Shown here piece by piece: positions 18,502 through 26,218 of a stretch of DNA of 32,000 nucleotides. Positions within the stretch are counted from its first letter, which is position 1. Each line of letters starts with the position of its first letter. The notes under the pieces were generated by a model that was given only the letters and a program-made list of their open reading frames with translations, had not been told where the DNA came from and ran no database searches. This stretch comes from Aliivibrio fischeri ES114 (GTDB taxonomy: Bacteria > Pseudomonadota > Gammaproteobacteria > Enterobacterales > Vibrionaceae), in NCBI RefSeq assembly GCF_000011805.1, contig NC_006841.2; one strand, given 5' to 3'. Position numbers and translations under genes: made by a program.

Positions 18502-19757
18502 AAACTTATCCCAAAGCGTTGGCACACATCTAACGCACTTCTTACTCCATCTTCATGGAATCCGTTGTACCAATAAGCACCAGCAAAGTGTGTATGATTA
18601 TGTCCACACACTTCTTCTCTACGTTGCTGAGCTTCTAATGTATCTAAATTAAATACTGGGTGATCGTATTTATACATTCCTAATATTTTGTCTTTATGAA
18701 TAAGCGGTGAATTATTCAACGTCACGCAAAAGGTGGTTTCTTTGGTTTCTAGACCTTGAAGAATATTCATATTATAGGTCACGCTAGAAGGACGATTTTT
18801 GTCGGTCACATCCAAATGATAATTCCATGCTGCCCATGCTCGCTTTTGCATAGGTAACAAGCTTTCATCCGTATGCAGCACCACTTCATTCTCTTGATAA
18901 GTCAGTTTAGACAGAACTTCTTTTTCTTGCTCTGAAATATCCGTTAGCATCGCTAGCGATTGGTCACTATGACAAGCTAAAATCACCTCATCAAATTCAT
19001 GCTCATGCTGATTATCAATGGTTAATGTCACTCCATTATCATGACGAACCACACCAGTAACTGGACTGTTAAGATGGATATTATCTTTAAATGACTCAAT
19101 CAAAGGGGCGATATAAGAATGCGAACCATTAGGAATAACATACCATTGTGGACGATTTGCTATGTCCAATAACCCATGATTATGGAAAAAACGAACAAAG
19201 AAATGCAACGGGAAGCTTTTCATATCTTGCAGGCTAGATGACCAAATTGCGGCTCCCATCGGTAAGATATAATGCTCAGCAAAATAGGTACTGTAACCAT
19301 CTTCGTGCAGCATATCACCCAAGGTACAGTCAGCATCAATATGCTCTTTATGCCATAAAGCTTTACATTGTTTATTAAAACGTAGAATTTCGCTAATCAA
19401 TGAGAGAAATTTAGTATTAAAAATATTTGAACGTTGAGCAAATAACGTATTTAAATTATGTCCATTATATTCCAAACCTGAGATCACGTTTTTTACACTA
19501 AAACTCATTTCTGTTTCTTGCCCAGATAAGCCAAGTTGAGTTAACAGCTCAATAAAATTTGGATAAGTTCTATTATTAAAAACGATAAATCCAGTATCAA
19601 TATCCCACTCTTTTCCTTCTGCTTTTACTGTTTTTGTTGCAGTATGCCCACCAATGTAATCATTGGCTTCAAATACAGTAACTTGATGCTCTCGACTTAA
19701 TAAATGTGCACAAACTAAGCCCGAAATACCTGTTCCAACTACGGCAATTTTTTTCAT
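18498..19757 (-). CDS. NAD(P)/FAD-dependent oxidoreductase (amine-oxidase / desaturase-like flavoprotein)
   Basis: Rossmann dinucleotide motif MKKIAVVGTGISGL...VTVFEANDYIGGHT at the chosen start 19757. ATGA overlap with the SDR stop codon. Confidence 0.8.
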   Translation of the reverse strand: MKKIAVVGTGISGLVCAHLLSREHQVTVFEANDYIGGHTATKTVKAEGKEWDIDTGFIVFNNRTYPNFIELLTQLGLSGQETEMSFSVKNVISGLEYNGHNLNTLFAQRSNIFNTKFLSLISEILRFNKQCKALWHKEHIDADCTLGDMLHEDGYSTYFAEHYILPMGAAIWSSSLQDMKSFPLHFFVRFFHNHGLLDIANRPQWYVIPNGSHSYIAPLIESFKDNIHLNSPVTGVVRHDNGVTLTIDNQHEHEFDEVILACHSDQSLAMLTDISEQEKEVLSKLTYQENEVVLHTDESLLPMQKRAWAAWNYHLDVTDKNRPSSVTYNMNILQGLETKETTFCVTLNNSPLIHKDKILGMYKYDHPVFNLDTLEAQQRREEVCGHNHTHFAGAYWYNGFHEDGVRSALDVCQRFGISL

Positions 19758-20494
19758 TTTCGTTTCATCCTTAAAGCCATCCATTGCCAAATACACGAAG
19801 GAAGTGCCCCCATCAAGATGAGAAAACGAGTAAAAGGAAATGGAAAATGAATGTGTTGTTTATTGTTATTAATTCCATTAATAATGTGATCTGCGGCTTT
19901 ATCCGGCTCTATCAACATTGGCATGGGGAAATCATTTTTATCTGTTAATGGTGTTTTTACAAAACCAGGGGCGATAACACTGATGGTTAATCTTTCTTTT
20001 GGTATATCCAATTGCAGTGATTGCGCTAAATAATGAATAGCAGCCTTACTTGCTCCGTAAGCTTCAGCACGTTGAAAGGGAACAAAAGCAGCACTTGATC
20101 CCATTAATGCAAGATGACCTTTTTGTTTCATTTTAGGAAGTAACGCTTGCAAGCAATAACCTATAGATATCACATTAGTATTGATGACTCGCTCAAATAG
20201 CTCAGCGTCAAATCCCATTGCATCATCAATGTATTCACAGGTGCCAGCATTAAGAATCGCAATATCTAAAGACTCAACCTCGGTAAGTACATCTATAATT
20301 GCATCATGGTGATTCATATCAAATACAATTTTAACTAACTTATCACTCTTCTCTGCATCAATAAGCGACGATGATTTTAGGTACGCTTGGAAATTACGAC
20401 CACACGCATATACTTTGTCACCTGCTTGTAGGTATTTTTCAACTAAAGAAAGTCCAATTCCGGAAGTGGCTCCTGTGATTAATACATTTCTCAT
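19754..20494 (-). CDS. Short-chain dehydrogenase/reductase (SDR)
   Basis: TGATSGIG cofactor motif and the YGASK catalytic motif. ATGA overlap with the upstream gene. Confidence 0.85.
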   Translation of the reverse strand: MRNVLITGATSGIGLSLVEKYLQAGDKVYACGRNFQAYLKSSSLIDAEKSDKLVKIVFDMNHHDAIIDVLTEVESLDIAILNAGTCEYIDDAMGFDAELFERVINTNVISIGYCLQALLPKMKQKGHLALMGSSAAFVPFQRAEAYGASKAAIHYLAQSLQLDIPKERLTISVIAPGFVKTPLTDKNDFPMPMLIEPDKAADHIINGINNNKQHIHFPFPFTRFLILMGALPSCIWQWMALRMKRK

Positions 20495-20931
20495 GCTTGC
20501 ACCCTCTTTTTAATGAACTTAACCATAGGGCCAATAAGAGGCAAATGCTCGTAAACCATTTGTCCCATATCAAGAAAATCTCTGTGATAAAAAACTTTAT
20601 CATTGAATTTAATATGAGAGACACCTTCAACACTGATGCTTTTACCTTTACCTATTTTTGGATGTTTATAATTCATTGTCCAAAAAAGCGTCGCTTCACC
20701 TTGTGTTAAATTAATATCTTCAATTACATGATGGATGGTAAATTTACATTCAATAAGATTCGTGTACAGATGTGTGAAGTAGTCGGTTAGTTCATCAATT
20801 CCATTGATTTCGTGAACAGCATCAATGAACTGAACATCATAAGAATAGATTTCTGAGAGATGATGCAGTGTATGTTTGTTTAGCCCGCCGTATAAAGCGA
20901 TAAATTTTTGAATAAAGCCAGAATGATCCAT
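20491..20931 (-). CDS. NTF2/SnoaL-like small protein, first gene of the operon
   Basis: Start placed at ATG 20931 (MDHSGFIQKF...) with AAGGAAG 7 nt upstream. About 146 aa, with alpha+beta-barrel-like sequence character. Confidence 0.55.
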   Translation of the reverse strand: MDHSGFIQKFIALYGGLNKHTLHHLSEIYSYDVQFIDAVHEINGIDELTDYFTHLYTNLIECKFTIHHVIEDINLTQGEATLFWTMNYKHPKIGKGKSISVEGVSHIKFNDKVFYHRDFLDMGQMVYEHLPLIGPMVKFIKKRVQA

Positions 20932-20967
20932 ATCTGTACTTCCTTTTATCTTAGTCATACACCTATA

Positions 20968-20994
20968 TACGCTTAGTGAAATATAAAAGATCAC
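20968..20994 (-). promoter_or_regulatory. ECF-type promoter candidate P6 for the eight-gene operon
   Basis: Minus strand GTGATCttttatatttcactaagCGTA (GTGATC 20994-20989, 17 nt spacer, CGTA 20971-20968). About 37 nt upstream of the ATG at 20931. Confidence 0.6.
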
Positions 20995-21013
20995 ATCCTG
21001 TGATCTTTTATAT
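20981..21013. repeat. Perfect 15-bp palindrome (3-nt spacer) between chrR and the operon
   Basis: atataaaagatcaca-tcc-tgtgatcttttatat. On the minus strand it forms a hairpin followed by a U-rich tract, a possible chrR terminator. Its downstream arm (as transcribed on the minus strand; lower plus-strand coordinates) contains the -35 of P6. Confidence 0.7.
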
Positions 21014-21033
21014 TCATTATTTAAGTATGGTTG

Positions 21034-21723
21034 CTAATACAATAAATTTCCAATTGGATTGAATAACTTACTTAGCCCTTGTTTAAAGTATAGTGGTGCA
21101 TTTTGAACCGTGTAACACAAACAACCTTCTGACGTTTTAGGGCTGTGACTATTTGATGCGTCTAGCCAAATAAAATCCCCTTTTTGATAATGACCGGATT
21201 CATCTTCAAAGCTGCCATCGAGTAATAGGGTTAACTCAAATCCTTTGTGAGTATGATGAGGAATTTCACCACCGGGCTTAATATGAAGCAAGTTAGACCG
21301 AGTGTCTTGTTCCTCATTTAAACGAGTTCGACTCACTGCACCTAAATGGTTCCATTTTAAGTTGTCGTATCGATGTAAAATGTAAGGAAGCTGGTATTCT
21401 TTATCATCAATAAATAATGTGTATACAGGCTCTGGGGCTAAATGAGTAGGCTCTATTTCTAATGCCATGATATTAGCCAGCATAGAGTCGAAACCATCAC
21501 TGTCAATTGCTTTCTCATTGGCATCTTTTTCTTCTTTACTGCCTGTTGAATCCCATGTTTTGCTCGCAAGACGATTGGTAATAGCATCAAGTTTCTTTTG
21601 ACACTGTGGACATAATTCACAGTGTAATGAAATAGCCACCGCTAATGATTCGGGTAAATCACCATTTGCATGAGAACTCAAAAGCTCATCTTTGGGATGG
21701 TAAGTGATCTTATTCATGCTCAT
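21034..21723 (-). CDS. chrR: ChrR-family anti-sigma factor (zinc-binding ASD plus C-terminal cupin)
   Basis: H-x3-C-x2-C motif in SLHCELCPQC. C-terminal cupin (GGEIPHHTHKGFELTLLLDGSF...GDFIW). Overlaps the sigma gene 3' end by 14 nt. Confidence 0.85.
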   Translation of the reverse strand: MSMNKITYHPKDELLSSHANGDLPESLAVAISLHCELCPQCQKKLDAITNRLASKTWDSTGSKEEKDANEKAIDSDGFDSMLANIMALEIEPTHLAPEPVYTLFIDDKEYQLPYILHRYDNLKWNHLGAVSRTRLNEEQDTRSNLLHIKPGGEIPHHTHKGFELTLLLDGSFEDESGHYQKGDFIWLDASNSHSPKTSEGCLCYTVQNAPLYFKQGLSKLFNPIGNLLY

Positions 21724-22321
21724 ACTCCTGACGCAATTTAGTTAACGCTAAGCGTAATCGAGATTTTATCGTTCCTATTGGCTCTGCAAGCTGTTCAGAT
21801 AACTCTTGCTGAGTTAGCCCTTGCACATATAGTCCTTCAATAACAATTCGTTGAGGTAATGGTAATAGCATGAGTGCTTTTTCAAGATTCTTATTCTCGA
21901 GGAAATCAACCGAATTGGTTTCAACTTGTTTGTCATATAGTGGCCACAAATCCTCACTAATTGTATCTTCTTTATTAGTTTGAATTTTTCTTAACATATC
22001 GAAGCTATGGTTACGCATGATAGTAAAAATCCAACCTGAGGCATTGCCTTTACTACGGTTGAATAATGTGGCTTTTCGCCAAACTAACGTCATAGTTTCT
22101 TGAACTAAGTCCATTGCTAGACTTTGATCATTAAATCGTTTTAAACCATACATTTTGATCTTAGGAGCAAACCACTTAAAAAGCTCAGCGAATGCAACTT
22201 TATCTTGCGTCTCACCGACTTTTCTTAACCAAGAATCTATTTGAACCGAACTGTCTTTGTCACTGTTCGGTCTATCTGCAATGCTCACTCGAGTGACAAC
22301 CTCTACCTGTTGAATATGCAT
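21710..22321 (-). CDS. ECF sigma-70 family sigma factor partnered with ChrR (R. sphaeroides RpoE-like group)
   Basis: Region 2 (DLVQETMTLVWRKATLF) and region 4 HTH (GLTQQELSEQLAEPIGTIKSRLRLALTKLR). GAGGGAG Shine-Dalgarno. Translationally coupled to chrR. Confidence 0.88.
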   Translation of the reverse strand: MHIQQVEVVTRVSIADRPNSDKDSSVQIDSWLRKVGETQDKVAFAELFKWFAPKIKMYGLKRFNDQSLAMDLVQETMTLVWRKATLFNRSKGNASGWIFTIMRNHSFDMLRKIQTNKEDTISEDLWPLYDKQVETNSVDFLENKNLEKALMLLPLPQRIVIEGLYVQGLTQQELSEQLAEPIGTIKSRLRLALTKLRQEYEHE

Positions 22322-22347
22322 ATTGACTCCCTCTATTTTTTATCTAT

Positions 22348-22374
22348 TACGAGAGAGAGAATAAAAAAGATCAC
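22348..22374 (-). promoter_or_regulatory. ECF-type autoregulatory promoter candidate P7 for sigma-chrR
   Basis: Minus strand GTGATCttttttattctctctctCGTA (GTGATC 22374-22369, 17 nt spacer, CGTA 22351-22348). About 27 nt upstream of the ATG at 22321. Confidence 0.6.
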
Positions 22375-22542
22375 TATAAAATATAAAACATCTTATTTTG
22401 AGCATAGTTGAATGATCACAAAATCAGAAAAAACTGAAAAAGTAATAATATAAATAAGTTAGCAAGTTAAATGTACTTACAATTAATCAGTTGAATTATA
22501 GTCAAATTAAATAATAATGAATTTTTTTAACCGTGATTTTCT

Positions 22543-22869
22543 ATGAAAAAATTCATTCTGCTTCTTCTAATTTCATTTTCTGCATCTGTATACAGCTATG
22601 AATATGGTGATCCAGTAAAAGGAAAAATAAAAGCGCCTAGTTGTATTTTCTGCCATGGCGAAATAGGTAAGGCAAGCAATAGTGCGTACCCTAATTTGGA
22701 TATGCAAAATGAAATGTATCTATATTTATCGATGAAATCCTATCAAAACGATGAAAGGAAAGGCCCTCTAGCACAAATGATGAAGGCCCAATTACAACGA
22801 TTAAATGATCAAGACTTAAGAGACATTGCCGCTTTCTATGCAAATGCATCTAAAAGCAAAAATAAATAA
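22543..22869 (+). CDS. Periplasmic monoheme class I c-type cytochrome
   Basis: Signal peptide MKKFILLLLISFSASVYS, a single CIFCH haem-binding motif, and a distal Met-rich region (PLAQMMKAQ). Confidence 0.8.
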   Translation: MKKFILLLLISFSASVYSYEYGDPVKGKIKAPSCIFCHGEIGKASNSAYPNLDMQNEMYLYLSMKSYQNDERKGPLAQMMKAQLQRLNDQDLRDIAAFYANASKSKNK

Positions 22870-24068
22870 TCAATTTCTTCTATGGTGTTGTAATGCATAA
22901 AACCAATGCGGACAACACCTCCTCGCTCATAAAAACCTAGCTGTTTAATTAAACCAATCGCATAAAAATGTCCGCTCCACACACACACATTATATTCAGC
23001 TAATACTTTGGCTATCTCTTCAGGCTTTATGCCATCAATACGAAGTGCAAATGTCGGGGTACGCTCAGTCAATTTGTTCTTATCATTAATGCCATATAAA
23101 TGTATCCACGGACGTACCGCAAGTTTATTTAAAAAATGCTGTGTTAATTCATCTTCATGTATTTGGTATTGCTCAAAGCTCTTTTTCAGCCTATCCCTTA
23201 AAGAGAGAGACTTTCTTCCCCATTGAGCCAAATATTCAACAGCACTGGTTAAACCGGCTAAAGCTTCAAAACTTTGAGTCCCAGTCTCAAAGCGACCGGG
23301 ACCAACATTTGTCGCAGGCTCAACTTTATAGGGAAATAAAGCGTACATCCATTTTGGTGATACATAAGCAATGCCCACATGAGGCCCAAAAAATTTATAT
23401 GCTGAACACGCTAAAAAGTCACATCCAAGCGCTTGAACATCGATAAGATGATGAGGGGCATAATGAACAGCATCCACATAAACCATAGCGTTCACATTAT
23501 GTGCTGCTTCAACAATTGATTTCACATCAACAATTGAACCTGTGGTATTAGAAGCATAAGTGGTTGCGACTAATTTCGTTTTTTCTGTTAACAATGAATA
23601 AAGGTGTTCCATATCCAAAGTACAGTCATCTTCTTTAACTCTTACTTGATGAACAATCACCCCTTTATCTTCTGCAGCTTGCTGCCAACTTGATACGTTT
23701 GAATAGTGATCAAGTGCAGTGACAATAATCTCATCCCCTCTTTTCCAGTCTCGGCTAATGGCACGACTCAGCTGAAAAGTAAGTGAGGTCATGTTAGGGC
23801 CAAATATGATGTTTTCTTCGCTCTTCGCATTGAGCAATGCCGCACATGAAAGTCGAGCTTGATTTAATACATTATTTGTATTTTTACTGGAAAAAAAGTG
23901 TCCGCCCAAATTTGAATTGGAAAAACCAAGATAGCGAGACATGGAATCAATCACACTTTGAGGTACTTGTGAGCCACCCGGTCCATCAAAAAAAATAACG
24001 GGTTTATTGTCTACCTCTTGCGTTAAAGAAAGAAACTGTGTTCTAACGTTATTAGGAGTGAAATTCAT
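22836..24068 (-). CDS. Class V PLP-dependent enzyme, cysteine-desulfurase-like (VC1184-type subfamily)
   Basis: Fold-type I class V pattern with the PLP-lysine context ACSAYKFFGPH. Where SufS-type enzymes carry GHHCA, this protein has SGHFYA, so no Cys. Start at ATG 24068, which has AAGGA 8 nt upstream. Confidence 0.7.
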   Translation of the reverse strand: MNFTPNNVRTQFLSLTQEVDNKPVIFFDGPGGSQVPQSVIDSMSRYLGFSNSNLGGHFFSSKNTNNVLNQARLSCAALLNAKSEENIIFGPNMTSLTFQLSRAISRDWKRGDEIIVTALDHYSNVSSWQQAAEDKGVIVHQVRVKEDDCTLDMEHLYSLLTEKTKLVATTYASNTTGSIVDVKSIVEAAHNVNAMVYVDAVHYAPHHLIDVQALGCDFLACSAYKFFGPHVGIAYVSPKWMYALFPYKVEPATNVGPGRFETGTQSFEALAGLTSAVEYLAQWGRKSLSLRDRLKKSFEQYQIHEDELTQHFLNKLAVRPWIHLYGINDKNKLTERTPTFALRIDGIKPEEIAKVLAEYNVCVWSGHFYAIGLIKQLGFYERGGVVRIGFMHYNTIEEIDYLFLLLDAFA

Positions 24069-24708
24069 CAACATTATCCTTAGCGGTTAAAACAAAAACG
24101 TCCATATGCCCTTCTTTCTGCTGATCAATTAAACGGATTGGTTTACCGTTGTGCCAAAGTTTTCTATCGTCAACAAGAGCCACATCACCATCGGCTAAGA
24201 TCTTTTTAAAGAATGGGGTTTCATCAGAATTTTCATAAACCAATAACTCTCCACCGTCTATATTGGAGCGATCGATACCAATAATGGCAATGTGGTCGAA
24301 ACCATCTTGGTGCACACCTTCTGGCGCTATTTCAGTTTCATCATATATCGCAGCAATGCGCATTTGATGAATTTCAATTTCTTGCCCATTTGGAAGATCA
24401 TTTAAATCCATAAAGATCTGGCACATTTCTAACATACCGTCACTATGTAGAATACCTGACTCTATAGCCTCAAACTCACGAAGAACATCACCTTGAAAAT
24501 GATTTATATCTTCGCTTTGAACAAAATTATGCTTATTAGTTTCGATGATTTTTTCATTAACAATGCGGATAACTGAATACCGTCGTAAACGATAATTACC
24601 ATCTGCATGGGTTGTTTTAGGAAGACCAGAAAAGGAAGGTGCAAGTTGATGAACAGCATCATGACTCAAATGAGTAAGCTGTAATGACATTTCGTGTGAG
24701 TGATACAT
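24052..24708 (-). CDS. 2OG-Fe(II) dioxygenase family protein (PF10014-like)
   Basis: GNYRLRRYS and PEGVHQDGFDH (H-x-D facial-triad context) with a later WHNG histidine. GGGAGG Shine-Dalgarno. Overlaps the downstream PLP gene by 17 nt. Confidence 0.7.
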   Translation of the reverse strand: MYHSHEMSLQLTHLSHDAVHQLAPSFSGLPKTTHADGNYRLRRYSVIRIVNEKIIETNKHNFVQSEDINHFQGDVLREFEAIESGILHSDGMLEMCQIFMDLNDLPNGQEIEIHQMRIAAIYDETEIAPEGVHQDGFDHIAIIGIDRSNIDGGELLVYENSDETPFFKKILADGDVALVDDRKLWHNGKPIRLIDQQKEGHMDVFVLTAKDNVDEFHS

Positions 24709-24937
24709 AATGCCTCCCGCATAATATATTTAACAATTAAGTTACACTTTATTATTTACGCAGAAATTCTGATAAATCAAACTAAACAGTTATTTCATTC
24801 ACTCAAATATACAAAATCAATATATAAATTCAGCATTGACAATTTATTTAGTTATTAATTCCAAGAATAAAGAACCTAAAGATGAAATAGCAACATCCTT
24901 CACTAAATTAACGCTAAGATTATAATTTAAAAGACAT

Positions 24938-26140
24938 TTATTTTGGCTGTGCCTGCTTATTCCACAATAAGACCAATAGCATACTTATGGTTATCACTAA
25001 ATAAAATATGCCTAAATTTACTTGGTCCGTTACCCAGTTTTTTACTAAATAGCCACCTAAAAGACCGGAAAGACACATTTGAACTGAGCCTGACAACGCG
25101 GAAATAGTTCCTACTTTATGTGTATGGGGTGCAAGTAATAAATTGATCGATAATGGAAAGCTGATCCCTTGTGCTATTGCAAGTAAAGTAAACGCAAAAA
25201 CCAGTGAAAAAATGGACGTTGAAGCGAAAAGTAACCATAAACCTGAGATAGTCATAATCACTAACGCTAAGCTCATTAATTGATTTATCGAGCATCGTTT
25301 ATTTAAGCTATTAAGCAAAAAACTTCCCATCATAAGCCCAGCAGATGGAATAATCATGGTTTGACCATATTCTGCAGCGGTTAGTCCAAATCCATCTTGT
25401 AGTAAAAATGGTAAAAGAGACACGGAAACCAAACTTGCAAGATAACTCACCCAATTTAATCCTGCACTAGAGATAATCTGAGGGTTTTTAATCAACGCAG
25501 TGTAATCTCGTAACGTCTGAGTAATACTGAACTTTTGAGGGGCGTAAGGTAACGTCTCAGGCAATATGAAATAACCAATAATCAATATACATATTAGATA
25601 TATCAGTACAAACCCAAAAACCCACTGCCAACTAAAGTGCCATGCAACCCATCCACCAATAACAGGAGCAAGAATAGGTAAAATGGATGCAGTAATCGAT
25701 ATGTAAGACATAGCTTTAGTTAGGTGGTAACCACTATAACTATCTCGTAAAACACTCCGCCCTAATACAGATGCACTACCAGCACCCAACCCTTGTAATA
25801 AGCGACCTAAGACTAATGCCGTAAAATTATTGGTCATTGTGAAGCAAAGCAAGGTGCCAACTAAATACACACCCTGACCCAATATAAAAATAGGACGTCT
25901 TCCTAACGCATCAGATAATGGGCCATAAAATAGCTGTGAGCCACCAAACCCGACCAAAAATAAAGTCACAAGTAACTGAACATCAGCTGAAGATATACCC
26001 AGTTCTTGGCTAATAAGTGGCAAAGAAGGCAAATAGATACTTACACCAACTTGCCCCGTAGCGATGATCATCATAGCTAAAAGCAAAGGGGTTTTATTTA
26101 ATCGGCTTGGCGACAATGTATCTGTATTATTCGTATTCAT
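24938..26140 (-). CDS. MFS transporter, Bcr/CflA-type drug/metabolite efflux subfamily
   Basis: 400-aa ORF with 12 predicted TM helices and the MFS loop motif GPLSDALGRRP. Confidence 0.8.
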   Translation of the reverse strand: MNTNNTDTLSPSRLNKTPLLLAMMIIATGQVGVSIYLPSLPLISQELGISSADVQLLVTLFLVGFGGSQLFYGPLSDALGRRPIFILGQGVYLVGTLLCFTMTNNFTALVLGRLLQGLGAGSASVLGRSVLRDSYSGYHLTKAMSYISITASILPILAPVIGGWVAWHFSWQWVFGFVLIYLICILIIGYFILPETLPYAPQKFSITQTLRDYTALIKNPQIISSAGLNWVSYLASLVSVSLLPFLLQDGFGLTAAEYGQTMIIPSAGLMMGSFLLNSLNKRCSINQLMSLALVIMTISGLWLLFASTSIFSLVFAFTLLAIAQGISFPLSINLLLAPHTHKVGTISALSGSVQMCLSGLLGGYLVKNWVTDQVNLGIFYLVITISMLLVLLWNKQAQPK

Positions 26141-26159
26141 AATGTTAGTTTACATTGAC

Positions 26160-26204
26160 CCTATATAAATGATAATAGACTATATAGGAATCACATTAAT
26201 TCCT
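26160..26204. promoter_or_regulatory. Inverted repeats in the MFS/LysR divergent intergenic region (candidate LysR-type binding sites)
   Basis: CCTATATA-N13-TATATAGG (26160-26188), overlapping AGGAAT-N7-ATTCCT (26186-26204). Lies within the 78-bp divergent gap. Confidence 0.45.
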
Positions 26205-26218
26205 AACAGGACCGAATT

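Noticed and set aside
22391-22419. TGATCA followed after 18 nt by TAAGA on the minus strand, further upstream of the sigma gene. This could be a second sigma-type promoter variant.
   Set aside because: The spacer and -10 differ from the seven consistent sites, the hexamer is a palindromic TGATCA, and the proximal site at 22374-22348 already fits. I cannot verify from memory whether TAAGA is part of the published -10.
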